From contig OX597816.1 of NCBI GenBank assembly GCA_951406725.2, positions 83,328,001 to 83,392,000 on the forward strand: a stretch of DNA of 64,000 nucleotides. The letters are read 5' to 3'. A model generated the notes under the pieces. The model made no database searches, had not been told where the DNA came from, and saw nothing but the letters and a program-made list of their open reading frames with translations. Within the stretch, counting starts at the first letter, position 1. Every line of letters begins with the position of its first letter. Of the stretch, positions 38,911 through 53,380 are shown in pieces. Source of the stretch: Octopus vulgaris. Lineage: Eukaryota. A program made the translations under genes and the position numbers.

Positions 38911-40603
38911 CGTATAATGAGTTAGTGGATAGATAACAACTCTAAATATTACACACACTGTGAATGCGTGTGTGTGTGTGTGTTTGTTAATAGATACTAA
39001 TAAATTACTAACTCGTAATTCTGATTTTTTTACTTTGCCGATTATTGAATAACTTGAACTAAAAAGATAGCCTGACCATACATATGCAGAAGAATCAGTA
39101 AGCAGACCGAGATGTGACAAGCCATCAGTTTTTAATCCGTTGCCAAAAACCCGTTGGAAAAGGCACCGTATATTGATCTACTCAACTGACTGAGGTAAAC
39201 ATGTGATAAACATATTGATTCATATACAATAACACGATGTTTTCAAATCCTGACCAAGGAAACTAGTCACGGCTAATGAATATTTAATTCGGTTGAATAA
39301 ATAAATGTTTCTTAGCTTTTCTTTTCTGCTTTGCCCCCCCCCCCCCCATTAAATATAGAGTATAGAAAATCCATTATATGGAAAATAAATTATTTTAGTA
39401 ATTTGGAGTTTAGAAATTCCTTAATAAATGTCGAAGAAGACATCTGCATAAATCCGTTTATCACAATCTTTTGTTCAAAATTGCAAAAGCTATCTGAAAA
39501 TGTTCTCTTTCGAGAAACAAAAAAAAACCCCCAAACCTAGGGGTATGCATGTTCTATAATTTACCAATTATTGTTAGCAACTAGTGGGGCCCGTGAATAT
39601 TTTACAGAATTAATGTTAAACCTATTGAGTTATTTCTGAAAACTTTATTCAAAAGACGTGAAAGCGTAGCCTGTGTTGTGTCTGTATCGAAAGATAGTCT
39701 CTCATTTGCTACTCATTGAAAAGTGTAAGAAATTGGAATACGATAATTTCTTAATGCACTATATATAGACTTTATATACTTTATATACAATTTTATAGAC
39801 TTTATACACAGCACTCACAGAATAAATATTCACTCTTATTTTTCCAATTTGCCCATAAACAAACAAGCAAAAATATCCCGCACATATGATACAACTTTTA
39901 GTTAAATTACATATATCATCTGTCTCGTAAATAAGCTTGAATATTTTACGGAATTGCACTTATGCGCATGCGTTAAGTGATAGGTGATATAAAAAAAAAA
40001 CTTAGTTCAATTAAAAAAATACACTTTTCACTATCCAGTCACCAAAGAATATATTCAAAGTTTATAAATTTAAGTTTCTTGTCAGCATCAAATTTGGATT
40101 AATAACTTTGAAAAAGTGAGAGGTAAGTCACAAAAAATTTTCTACTTTCTATTATTTTTAACATCAAATACGACATTACACTGACGTTGTGGTGGATTAA
40201 TAAGTTTATCAGTTATCTCGTGGCTAACTAACAAAAATAATAACCACTTTTGTAAATTGGTGCAGTTCTATGAAATATCGTTCTATAACTAAACCTGAAT
40301 TGAAAATTTAATCTAATTTCTTATATGGGCATTAATATTACCATACGTGATAGGAAATATTTTCTACTTCACAATGCTTCTTCATTGATTAAGAACAATA
40401 TTCAGGAATTATGTAGCCACTGGATCGTACGTCAGAATCGAGTTGTCTAAATTGAGTGAACTGTACATCAAAGAATCACTACGGAAGTGATTCCCTTGTG
40501 GAAATAATTCCGTCCTGGAAGTACGGCCTCTACCGAGATAATAGTGTGAAACGTGTGATTGTAATATGGCTGGTCAAAATGAAAGAGTTCATCAATATAT
40601 TCA

Positions 40604-40655
40604 AAGGATTAAATAACAAGATCATAGTATATGGGAATCTAAGTCGAATCTAAGC

Positions 40656-40714
<59 letters not shown>

Positions 40715-40946
40715 GTATGTGTGTGTGTGAAGGAGAAAAATATATATGTGAAGTAGAAGATAAAGGATTAAACAGTAAGATCATAGTATATGCAAATCTA
40801 CGTAGAATCTAAGCATAGTTATATGTATGTATATACATGTGTGTATGTGTGTGAAGTAGAAAAAATATATATGTGAAGTACAAAATAAATGATCAAATAG
40901 CAAGATCGTAGTATATGCGAATCTAAGTACAATCTAAGCATAGTTA
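40604..40946 (+). repeat. Composite tandem repeat (3 units of about 60 bp separated by variable microsatellite)
   Basis: AAGATCATAGTATATG..AATCTA.GT..AATCTAAGCATAGTT at about 40617, 40777 and 40902. Confidence 0.8.
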
Positions 40947-40948
40947 TT

Positions 40949-41002
<54 letters not shown>

Positions 41003-41006
<4 letters not shown>

Positions 41007-41215
41007 GTTAATCCAAACAAGAAAACACAGAAAAAAAAAGAAAAAAACACAGCAACGCGAGGACGTGGAACAATTAAAGTATTATTTGACGCTCAGGAAA
41101 GAAGGGAAGGAGGGTTTAACGTTTCTAGCGGAGCTCTTCGTTGGAAACAAAGGAGAAGGAAAGATCCCGAGAAGGGAAGACAGAGGAAAAAAATTTTTTT
41201 GCTGGTGGTGTTCAA
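41003..41215 (-). mobile_element. Family X1 pLTR fragment, degraded hammerhead at 41114-41148
   Basis: Minus strand GUUU-CCAACGA-aGAGcuccgCUa-GAAA-CG-UU-AAAC. Abuts (TA)n. Confidence 0.6.
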
Positions 41216-41242
41216 GAGATCACATGTTGAGATCACACACAC

Positions 41243-41306
<64 letters not shown>

Positions 41307-42769
41307 GTATGTATATGTGTGTGTGCGAAGTAGAAAATATTTCTTATCATGTATGGTAATATTAATGCCCAGATAAATAATTAGATTAAATTTTCAGTTG
41401 AGGTTTAGTTATAGAACAATATTCCAGATAACTGTACCAATTTACAAAAGTGAATATTATTTTTATTAGTTAGCCACGAGATAACGGTTATTTTTGCTAG
41501 TTAGCCACAAGATAACTTCGGATATAGTTTTTGATAAATACTGTCCTTATTAACCCGCTTTTCGTAACAAATCACCTCTTAAAAATCAATCATACTGCCG
41601 TATGTACAGGAATATTTTCCTTATATATTATCCTGTTGTTTCCCTATTTCGCTTTGATTATAACCACTTCAATTTTACCTTGTTGCATTTCTTTATTCTA
41701 TTTCTCTTTGGCTTTTACTACAGGCAAAGCGAAATATATAGAGAAATATGCAGTATCATCCTACTCGACCGGTCATCGCAAAGTCGCCTCGCTGGCGATT
41801 GCACAACCAAGACTTTTAGGTTCAATAACGTATGCAAAAGACCTCACAGACACTCGCCACCCTACTGACATGACTCAGACACAAACCAGTGCAAGACACC
41901 CGGTGCTAATATGAGTTGTAGGCTCAGGAGCGTGGGAGCGTCATGATCTTAAGCGCAAGCAAAAAGTCTCCAAAATATTTACTATCTACTCCCTGAATAT
42001 CTGGTTTTATATCAGAGCGACCTTCTTCTACAGAGATGCTTTAACAAATGCTGAGGGCTGACTCACTCCCAGTGGTCTTCCAGTACGTCTGATACCAACC
42101 TGAAATTTCTGGGGGCTCGTGCTAGAACTAAGTTCAACCGACATTTTGACAGATCTTGTTTTTGGTTCTGTTCGGTTCTTATAGCAACCCTCCATACTAG
42201 ACAAGCCTGGTGGGGGTGCTGATTTAGCAGTCGACGACAGCTTGTATTGGATTCCAGTAGCACTCATGAGAGACCTCAGAAGCGAAGTGATACACACTCA
42301 CACACACACGTACGTAGTACATGCATGCATGCATAGGTAGACAGATAGATAGATAGACAGATAGCTAGCTGGCTAGATAGATAGATAGATAGAGGAAGAG
42401 TTTAGATCACTGTTGATCCAAACTATTAGGTATACATTTGGTATGAGTGTTCTAATGGCTTAGCTACTAGGATCCAATTTCACAACACGGGCTGCAGTTG
42501 TGGTGGCCACTGTCCAGTAGGGAGCGAACTGGGGATCCGTAGTCTACCTCCTAGTCATACACACACACACACACATGCATACCTACATACATAATACATA
42601 AATACATCCATACTTACATAGACATACCTACACATATTCAATTTTCACTGCTTTTTTCTTTGCATTAAATATGCATACATATACATACATACATACATAC
42701 ATACATACATACATACATACATACATACATACATACATACATACATACATACATACATACACATATATA

Positions 42770-42955
42770 TTGAGAATTTACAAAAAACAAAAGACGAAGA
42801 CGGGTGTGTAAACGACAAACAGATGTATTAGTTTAACGCTCGGGAAGTGAAAAAGCCTTTTACATTTCGAGCCTACGCTCTTCGACAGAGAAGAACACAG
42901 AAATAAACAAGGAGAGAAAATCGAAAAATTTTAGTAGCTAGAGATCTATCACGGC
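42770..42955 (-). mobile_element. Family X2 pLTR fragment, hammerhead-like motif at 42856-42893
   Basis: Minus strand CUGUCGA-aGAGC-guag-GCUC-GAAA-UG-UA-AAAGG. Confidence 0.6.
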
Positions 42956-43092
42956 GCAAGTGCGAATTGAGAGAAACGACCATAGGAAAAAGCAGAAAGT
43001 ACAAAAAAGATTAGACAAGTTCAAAGGGTTCAAACGTCGTGGTGTATTGGACCGATTTCTCATCAAAGGAAAAGCCCAGTTTAATCCATGGG

Positions 43093-43141
<49 letters not shown>

Positions 43142-43297
43142 TATCTGTCTGTCTGTATGTATGTATGTATATATATATATATATACATACATATATATAT
43201 ATATATTATATAACATGCACGCACAAATTATGTATATATGTATACATACATGTATATACATACATACATACATACATACATACATACACACACATAC

Positions 43298-43342
<45 letters not shown>

Positions 43343-43392
43343 CATGCACGCACACATACATTTATGTATGAGTGTTCATATCTGTCTCTCTG

Positions 43393-43469
<77 letters not shown>

Positions 43470-43519
43470 GTATGTCTGTCTGCCTGCCTGCCTGTCTGTC
43501 TGTGTATCTATCTATCTAT

Positions 43520-43820
43520 GCTTTCTTCCCAACCAAATGGTTCCGGGTTCAGTCCCACTGCGTGTCAACTTGGGCAAGTTTCTTCTTATATAGCTTCGGG
43601 CCGACCAAAATCTTGTGAGTGGATTTGGTTGATGGAAACTGAAAGAAGCCATTCGTTGTTTGTGTGTGTGTGTGTGTGTGTCTTTGTGTCGTCTATGTTT
43701 GTCCCCCACCAGCGGTCACGTCCCCGTAACTTTGTAGTTCGGCAAAAGACCCCGATAAAATAAGTACTAGGATTAAAAAAATTGGTTCGACTAAAGTTCT
43801 TCAAAGCAGTACCCCAGCAT
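43520..43820 (+). mobile_element. SINE group A copy
   Basis: GGTTCCGGGTTCAGTCCCACTGCG, CTTGGGCAAG and CTTGTGAGTGGATTTGG motifs. Confidence 0.8.
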
Positions 43821-43821
43821 G

Positions 43822-43861
<40 letters not shown>

Positions 43862-44014
43862 TTAATGCATGAAAAAATTTATATACACTGTCATATGTAG
43901 AAATAGTTAATATGAATATAAATACATATATATATATATATATATAAATGTATATACATATACATACATATATATATATATACATACATATATATATGTA
44001 TGTATGTACCAATA

Positions 44015-44062
<48 letters not shown>

Positions 44063-44588
44063 GGATATGGCAGTCATATCTTGCAAAAAGTATTCAGGAT
44101 GGCAGGGGGATGGAGGGAGAGAAAAGAAATTACATTTATAGCAAACAGATAAGTGTGATTGCACCGACTAGACTCGCCTGTATGTCTGCATTAAACGGCG
44201 CTATTTATCTCTTTGACAAAATGATATGTAAGCCAGAATATCTGTAATATCATGTAGGCAAAAGTGACACTATCGTCATCTTTAGCTTTGTTGCTGTTAC
44301 TGCTGTTGGAGCAATTATTGTTGCTTTTGTTGCAAGTGTTGTTGTTTTTGCTGTTGTTGCTGTTACAATCATTGATTCAGATTTAGTTCTGCTTTGATAT
44401 TTATTATTTTTATTATTATTATTATTAATATTTTACAGTGAGATTTATTAAAAGAAAACGAGTTCCCCTTTATTGCTTCAGTAATTTTTGATAAAAGCAA
44501 ATTATGGATATTATCTGCGATGAATCTATTGTATGTATGTCGACACAGCATACATATACACGCACACCCCACCCACAAACACACAAGC

Positions 44589-44646
<58 letters not shown>

Positions 44647-44812
44647 ACATACATGTATATATATATATACACGTATGTATATATGTATATCAACCATGTA
44701 TATATATATATATACATATATATAAATATAAATATATACATATATGTATATATATATATATATATGTGTATATATATGTTGATATATACATATATACATA
44801 TATATCTATCTA

Positions 44813-44883
<71 letters not shown>

Positions 44884-45519
44884 GTACATGCATATGAATT
44901 CATGTCAATTTATGTCTGTACGGATTGGTAACTTGTCGTCAATAAATAGAAGTTCTAGATTATGTACTCACACCTTTCATCGTGTTCGTAACAACAACAC
45001 ACACACACACACACACATGCTTCCCCGTACATATATACACTCATACGTTTACATCTACATACACACACACAGATATATAATTCATTGAAGCAAAGTCATC
45101 TATGAATATCTGCATGTAACATGATTGTCTCTCGCTTCATACACATTTATCCGTCTCCCTTACTCAACCACACCTACCTACCTACCTAACACGCATGTAT
45201 ATATATATATACACACACGCACACTCAAATATATGAATTCACATGCGTATATATTCATTATACATTATGTTTGCGTGTTTGCATTCGTCTACTGATGTAT
45301 AGAAAATTAGTGTAATGGATAATAGATTGGCAGAAGAAATTAGTTTAGCCGATTGCAAACGAAAAATGTCTCTATTATAATACGATTGTAATATTATTGT
45401 GCCTGACAATAGTCTACTGTGATATCTGATATTCTCTCAGAGAGGAGGGCGTATATGTATCCAAACGTACATCTACATTTACACGCATGCATACATACAT
45501 ACATACATACATACATACA

Positions 45520-45599
<80 letters not shown>

Positions 45600-45829
45600 T
45601 ACATATATATATATATGCATATATATATATATATGTGTATATATATATATATATATATACATACATACATATACATAATATATACACATATACACATATA
45701 TACATACGTATATATATATACATCTATATTTACATGCAATATATATGCACACATATATAATAAATATACGCATATATAAGCACACGCGTAAGCTCACACA
45801 CGCACACACACATTCATACACATGCATAT

Positions 45830-45864
<35 letters not shown>

Positions 45865-47391
45865 CATATATACACACACACACATATATGAATGATATTA
45901 TGTATATATTAGTGACAGGAATATTTCAGCCAAGTAAATATGTATTTCATATATGTGTGTGTGTGTATGTATGAAGTTATGTATGTATGTATGTGTGTGT
46001 ACGTGTATATCTATGTATATATATATATATATAGTTGTGTGTGTGTGTGTTATGACCCTTCCCCATTTCTTTAAATGCTCTACATTTTAAAACCAAGATA
46101 AAGGACACCATACTCATACTTATTTCCCCAATGTTGAAAAGATACATTAGTCATAAAAATTTCGTCCATAATTGTTATGCCACATTTGTAAGCTAACTCA
46201 TTTTATATTGTATACGTTTTGGGTTACATATTTTACTAAACTGATCTGAGTGCCTTAACTAGATATTTCGCCTTGGAGAATTAAACTAAAAATATCCAAA
46301 TGAATCTGATTTCACTCGAGTCCTCTGATGCAGTAAATAGGCATGCAATATTGTAGTTCATTTGGCCAAAACAATGCTAGTATGTCATAATCAGAAAGAG
46401 TATTCCTACTACATTTATTTGGAGGATCTATTTATGAGATTTTGTCCTATGTGGGTAATTTTAAAACCATGGAACATCAACGCTCCAACTATAATGCTTC
46501 AAAAATCGTCTTGCCTCTCACTTTCATCCTATAGCAACGATTTCAAAAGATTCGGTTTCTAAACAGAATCAGTTCAACATGTTTCATCCGCTCACACGTG
46601 TCTCAGACACATACACAAACACTCTAAACAGCTTATCCCTCTTTCTCATTTGTAAATCTAACTTCTGAAGGTATCGGTTCCGGTTATGACTATTTCATAG
46701 CGATTGCCCAACTCGCTTCTACACTCTATATAACACACTCAATCATGGACTACTTGGCTCTTCACATCAACCAACTAGTCGGAGCTCTTTGTGTCGCTGC
46801 TCTTGATGCGGTTTCTATCGCTGTGTTGATATTGATACTTCTGATTTTCTTATTTATGTTGCATAAAAAGCATGACTGCACATTTATGGCATATCTACGA
46901 CGAAAGGCTGTTAGCCATTTGGGATGTTGACCAAAACATGGATAACCTCTATAACGCTTGGTATGTTTGGATTACTAGTTCTATCTGTGTGCCGGACCAA
47001 TGTACCTTTTCCAGTCTGCGGACTTACAAAGTACTTACTTTATTTCCGATACCCTATTAGACGGCCACCACGAGCAAGCAAATAGCTACCTCTGATGGTA
47101 CCTCAGCCATATATATTTTTAGGCTCTCCACCTGAGGTAAGTTGGAGTCAAGGACATTTCATTGCTCTTTAGGTCTCTAAGTGTTGCTCGAGTGGAACTT
47201 CCACCGACCGCATTGTTCGTCTTGTAGAGGCCGGTGAGTGCCTGACGACATAATGATGATGATGACGACGACGACAACAATAACAACAGCAAACAACAAC
47301 AAAAATAACAATAATGATGATGATGATGATAATAATAATAGTAATAATAATAATAATAACAACAACAACAGCAACAACAACAATAATGTTA

Positions 47392-47938
47392 AAAAGAATA
47401 TAAGAGACGTATTGACAATATAGCAAGGATTGACCCTTGGACACTTTGCAACAAGTATAGACTTGACAAGGTAAAAAAGTGGTACGAACATAAACCCGAA
47501 GCCATCATCGAAAATGATAATGCAAAGATACTATGGGATTTTATGATTCAGTGCGACCATGAGATAGAGAATAGGAAGCCAGACATAGTGTTAATTCACA
47601 AAGAAAGCAAACGATTCTGAATCATAGATAAAGGAAGAAAGAAAAGTCGATAGATATGACAGGTTAGATTGGGAGGTTAAGCAGTTGTGATCGATGAAAA
47701 AGGTGGTAGTAGTACCAATAACTGTCGGGGCCCTGGGAACAGTGATTAAAAATCTTGAGAAGTACATGGAACAACTAGGGGTTGCAATAAGGGTGGAGCA
47801 CTTTTAGAAAACAGCACTGCTTGGGACCGCTCGAATACTCCAGATGGTGCTCGAAAAATTAGGGGTGTTACCTTATTTCACTGCTAGTGAGCAGCTGACA
47901 CTGTAGTACATCTCCAGCGTTAGAAGCTGTGCAAAGGC
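47392..47938 (+). pseudogene. R4/Dong-type non-LTR retrotransposon 3' fragment (restriction-like endonuclease)
   Basis: Translation KEYKRRIDNIAR...KWYEHKPE...KILWDFMIQCDHEIENRKPDIVL...VPITVGALG...KTALLGTARIL. Flanked by (AAT)n. Confidence 0.9.
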
Positions 47939-48006
<68 letters not shown>

Positions 48007-48032
48007 TAATAATAATAATAATAATAATAATA

Positions 48033-48495
48033 AGATCATACAAAAAGGATGTGTTTATTAATTGACTTGAGTATTCCATGTGATCACAATATAGCGGCGA
48101 AAGAATTTGACAAGATTAGTAAATATAAAGACCTGCTAATAGAAATTGAAAAAATGTGGCATCTCAAGGCGACTACAGTACCAGTGATTGTAGGATCTCT
48201 AGGAATGATAAAAAAAGTACTGAAACCTATTTGAAAATGATTCCAGGCTTACTATCCCTACAGGAAGTGCAAAAAATCGTATTAACTGGAACGGCTCCTG
48301 TACTGAGAAGCGCACTATCGCTGTGAAAATAACACCCATCCATGAATTTATTTATTTATTAATTTTTAAATACATATTTTATCTGTGAATTTGCGCGTGT
48401 AATCTGGGAATGCATACAATGCCCTTCTCTGACCTAGGTGTATGGAAAACACTCGATGAGAAACGGAAGAAAATTTGAAGAAAGAAGGAAAAAAC
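48033..48495 (+). pseudogene. Second R4/Dong-type 3' fragment (different family)
   Basis: CLLIDLSIPCDHNIAAKEFDKISKYKDLLIEIEKMWHLKATTVPVIVGSLG...EVQKIVLTGTA. Between (AAT)n tracts. Confidence 0.9.
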
Positions 48496-48507
48496 ATAAT
48501 AATAATA

Positions 48508-48539
<32 letters not shown>

Positions 48540-48540
48540 T

Positions 48541-48886
48541 CATGAAAGGTAGAGAAAAGATTAGTAAACACGGAGACCAGCGAAATGAGATCGCCAAGAT
48601 GTGGCAGCTACGAGAGTCAAATATGTTTATAACGGTTGTTCCTATTGTCATCGGAGCATTGGGTTCAATACCTCACAACCTGAAGAAACCTCTGGAAACT
48701 TTAGAAATACCCTACCATCTAGATATATTGCAAAAATCGGCATTACTTGGAACTGCGCGTGTATTGCGTAAAGGAATGTCTGTCTGAGGTCCTTCTGATT
48801 TGACACTGATTTGACAGTACAAACCTCTCGGTTGACGCAATATCTTCAATCAACAACATCACGATATTGGATACTGTGCGACGTCT
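48541..48886 (+). pseudogene. Third R4/Dong-type 3' fragment
   Basis: EKISKHGD..EIAKMWQL...VVPIVIGALGSIP...LQKSALLGTARVLRK. Followed by (AAT)n. Confidence 0.9.
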
Positions 48887-48914
48887 ATAATAATAATAAT
48901 AATAATAATAATAA

Positions 48915-48962
<48 letters not shown>

Positions 48963-48991
48963 GAAGAAGAAGAAGAAGAAGAAGAAGAATG

Positions 48992-49074
<83 letters not shown>

Positions 49075-49087
49075 AAGAAGAAGAATA

Positions 49088-49644
49088 ATGCCTTTATGTA
49101 GTACCCGGCAGTGGCTCTCAAGGCTTATGATCTTAATTGATTGGAAGTGTTATCATGTACATTTTTTTGTCTTGTTATAAAAGATGGGCTACAGCAAATA
49201 TTCTGCTCAATACCACAGATTTGCTTGTCAGTTGTTTGACCGTAACCAGTTGACCATGTCCCTTATTGGCTGACGATATGTGCATCTCTGATCACGAGCA
49301 GAAGTAGTGGGGGAGCATCATAGCCATGTGTTGAAAGGAATTCTTTGGGGTTTGAATAATTCACCTTTGGAAACATGGGTTGTTCGTTCAACATCCTTTA
49401 ACAATCCTTATTCAGTAACCTTTTGAGCGGGGATGGGCTACTCGGCCAGAAGAAAATTCTAACTGGGCCCAACCTGCAAGGTCATGCGCTGTTTATATTG
49501 ATATGAGATCCCCATGTCGCGTACATATGGTTGTGATGCATGTGCCTGGTGTGCCCTTATCAGACGGGTAGTCATGATGGGTATACTGGGCTTCGTATAT
49601 TTTACTCCAGTGTCACTTTGATGGCATGCACTGCTCTCTCACTC
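49088..49644 (+). mobile_element. Non-coding insert between (AAT)n tracts, probable Dong-type 3' UTR
   Basis: Complex sequence bounded on both sides by AAT repeats within the Dong train. No convincing ORF. Confidence 0.45.
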
Positions 49645-49659
49645 AATAATAATAATAAC

Positions 49660-49770
<111 letters not shown>

Positions 49771-50526
49771 AAGAAGAAGAAGAAGAAAGAGTAAGAATAA
49801 TGATTTCTTCTACTTGTCACAGGGGCAGCAGACGAAGGGAACATTATTAAGATAATTTGTGAAAGGGTTTGCATAAAACCAGTTGAAGAACAAATAACAA
49901 GAATGACAAAAATATTAGTTTGAAAACAACTGTTACAATACTGATATTGTATATAGTAAACTGATAGTTATTAAAGATAATGTTCTTTTGTTCGTTGTAC
50001 TAATCTTCGATGTTGATCAGCACTTTACTAATGCTGACAATGCAAGGATTTTAAAAAAGTAGAAGCTAAAAAAAAAATGAATGCATGTACGGGGTGGGTG
50101 GGTTTACGAATGTAAACTTGTCCGTATTATTTTTGAAGAATTAGGAGCAGGTGAAGAACGAAGTGTCCTTGCTATTCAATTTTATACATTATAAAAATAG
50201 TATTACTAAACACTAGGAGTCTATTATGTAGATCTCTCTCTCTCTCTCTCTCTTTCTATAATGTATATATGTCAGACATACACATGAAACAAAGAAACAG
50301 TCGATGAGGCTTAGGTCGAGTCGCATAGAATTGAGCTTGGTGCCACAGAACAAAAACATATGGTCAACATGGAATAATAACAAGCCAAAGGCTATTATAT
50401 ATGCTGGAGGTTATAGTCAACTGCATACCTGATATTTATTTTACCTGTCCTCGAAGGATAAAAGGCAAAAGCTCACACCCATAAGTATGAAGTATCTAAC
50501 TTCATACTGCAAAGCATTTAGTTCAT

Positions 50527-50645
50527 TCTTCTTCTTCTTCTTCTTCTTCTTCTTCTTCTTCTTCTTCTTCTTCTTCTTCTTCTTCTTCTTCTTCTTCTTC
50601 TTCTTCTTCTTCTTCTTCTTCTTCTTCTTCTTCTTCTTCTTCTTC
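50527..50645. repeat. Pure (CTT)n microsatellite
   Basis: About 40 uninterrupted units. Confidence 0.95.
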
Positions 50646-51369
50646 CGATCTTTGATTGCCCTCTCTTCCTCATGCACTTACCACAAATAGGTAAATTCGT
50701 TAATAATTCTTCTCCTTTAAGTTGCTTTTTTTTTTTTTTTTACTATTTTGTTCTTTTATTCGTTTCACACCTAATCCAGTATAGTATGAACTTTTATCCG
50801 CAAACGTAAGATGTAGAGTCGTCATACATGAGGCTATCCTCCTTGGTGGAATATATCCGCCTACCCACTCTTCGTACACACACACACACAGACACACACA
50901 CACAACACTTTATTACCTGAGAAGGGGAGAGAACTCAAAGGATAGCAGAGAAAATAAAACAAAACAAATACTTAGTACTGTCTTACAATGCAATATGATG
51001 GAGCTGTCAGCGGTTAAACCGAAAATTCTATCGAGCTTGCTTTGAGGGTGAAATTATTTTGATAACTGAATACCCAACAAAAAAAAAAAAATGAAAAAAA
51101 AAAAAAAACAGGAGCTCTAGAAGAATGTTATAAATTACAAAGAATTGTTCTGCTAGCAAGATGTGAAAGCCAATAATCCAACTTGGAATTATGAAAAGAT
51201 CCTTTAAAATATATATTTCATGTATTTTATTAGATTTTTTTTTTTAGCATACTGAATACACTCATAACCAAAACTCCATAGATATACATAGATCCGATAT
51301 ATTAGTTGAGAATACAGAAGCAAGATTATCTAACATTAAAGAAACATAGAACAAAATCGTCAAAGGCAA

Positions 51370-51948
51370 TGAATTTTATGGTTTCAAACTCATCCAGTCT
51401 CAGAAGAAACTGAAGCGTTACAAAGAACGTTCACCAGTAAAATGACATCGTTTAAAATTACTGGAAACGTCTGGAATTTCTGCGGCTCTCTCAAAGTCCG
51501 AAGAGTGAGATATACTATCATATACAAGAGGAAAATCCTGGAGGGACATGTTCTAAACTCCGGTGTTACATAACATTTTCATGCACGAATGGTAGATACT
51601 GTCAGCTTCCAAATATACCAGGTTCGAAATCACAAGCAAAAAACACTCATATTATTCAAGTCTGATATTTAGAGGTCGTCAATTGTTCAACTGCCTAGCC
51701 AAGGTAATTAGAAATATAGAATGAATCTCTACTGAAACATTAAAAAAAGAAAATGAATAGATTTCTAAGGATGATACCGGACCAGCCAACCATTCAAGGA
51801 TACTCTTAGGGAAGGCCAGCTGCTACAAACTCAATAATAGACCAACTTTCAGCCATAAAGTGATAACAACCCTGACGGAAAGTAAATTAAGGCGGTACTC
51901 CAGCATGGCCGCAGCTCTACTACTGAAACCGTTGAAAGAATAAAAGAA
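51370..51948 (+). mobile_element. Old CR1/L2-group LINE 3' fragment
   Basis: Degraded EALQRTFT..., RKILEG and PDQP...NS motifs. Tail GGCGGTACTCCAGCATGGCCGCAGCTCTACTACTGAAAC. Confidence 0.75.
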
Positions 51949-52833
51949 TTGTCAGAAGCTCTTTTCATGCCGTCATATATACTCCCAATAGGGGAGAAGA
52001 TTTAAGATCTCTTGGCCAAATGTTTTTCGGTATACCCTCAAACCAGCAGTTGTAAGAAACCCAAGCTGAAATATGGAAATATTGTAGTCTCCCTCAAATG
52101 AAAATTAAACTTTGTATGGTAGGTTTATAATTAAATACTGGCGTAAGCCATTTTGTCGTCGGTATTTCACATATTTTACCACCGCTGCTGCTTATGAGGA
52201 TAATAGTACTAAATAAAAATGCGGCGGATGTGGTTCGAAACCATGGAAGTTACCACTGATACCACTAACCATCCTTCTCCGCACGACCACCCTGCAGCCT
52301 GCTCACAAGCTCATCACCTCTAATCACCTCTCATCACCGTTCATCACCTTTCTTCACCTCACATCACCTCCGGTGACGTTCACAATAATTATCACTATCA
52401 TAACATCACTGTTGTTATCACAAGAAAAGAAAAGAAAGAAATGTAAACGTTGGCCACTTAAAACTGATAAAAAAAAAATAGGGAAATTGTTTTGAATTTT
52501 TTTCTTTAAATAGAAGAAAAATTTCAAAAAACAAAAAGAAATTAATTTCTTCTTTCTGCCTCACCTCAAGGGGAAAAAAATTAATTAATAAAAAAAGATT
52601 CAAAAACACATAAAATAGACTGAAAAATGACTCAAAAAAATACAACCTACGAAAATGGCTGACTAGAAAGCTACACGGTGTCTTCTGTAATATTCATACG
52701 CAAAATACTCCACTCTTATCAAATCATATCGTAAAATACACCTCTCCCGGGAGAACAAAGCTTGATCACTTTTAAACGCCGTCAGTAAAAAATAAAGACA
52801 AAAACATAAATACGGTTCATGTGTGTGCTTGTT

Positions 52834-52865
<32 letters not shown>

Positions 52866-53341
52866 GCCCTTTCCTTGCGCCTCGGTTTCCTTGATCGTCT
52901 TCCTGATCTCTCTATATTAAACAGCTTGAGGTCATATAACATATGATTGTACATATGTAGGTCATGCTCTCTTTTGCTTTCCCTTGCCTTCTCTTGCCTT
53001 GCCTTGTCTTGTCCTTTGGCTTTGCCTGTCTCTTTTCATTCCTTTTTCTTTCTGGTTCCAGATGGTTAAATTGAATGGCGTGGCAAATTGTCGTTGTTGT
53101 TGATATTGTTCTTGCCGTTCTTGTTGATGATGACGGGGTCTTAGTCGCAGTAGTTGTTGGCGGCGATGGTGGTGGTGGTGGTGGTGGTGGTGGTGAGAAG
53201 AAAATGGTAGCTTATTGATGTGAGGGCGGTGTCAGTAACGGCCGTAGCGTAAAACGATATTAGTTATGGCAACGGCGACGACGTTGATGGTGAACTGGGT
53301 GGCGAAGAATTAGAAGTGTACCGTGAGAGAGAGAGAGAGAG

Positions 53342-53380
<39 letters not shown>

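Noticed and set aside
40604-40946. Repeat-spacer pattern resembling a CRISPR array
   Set aside because: Eukaryotic context, spacers are microsatellites of unequal length, repeats are degenerate, and there are no cas genes.
41930-42290. GC-richer segment with short minus-strand ORFs, possible Tx1/L1 relic or exon
   Set aside because: No diagnostic motif or splice sites could be identified.
43046-43070. Minus-strand UUGAUGA-GAAA-UCGGUC near (TA)n
   Set aside because: Hammerhead-like words, but helix II is absent and helix I does not pair. At best a deleted relic.
42938-45881. Many YI/HT/CV-repeat ORFs
   Set aside because: Translations of (TA)n, (CA)n and (TACA)n microsatellites.
46640-47100. 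Possible ancient LINE RT relic (..LHIYGIS..)
   Set aside because: Similarity is too weak to support by eye; needs tBLASTn or HMMER.
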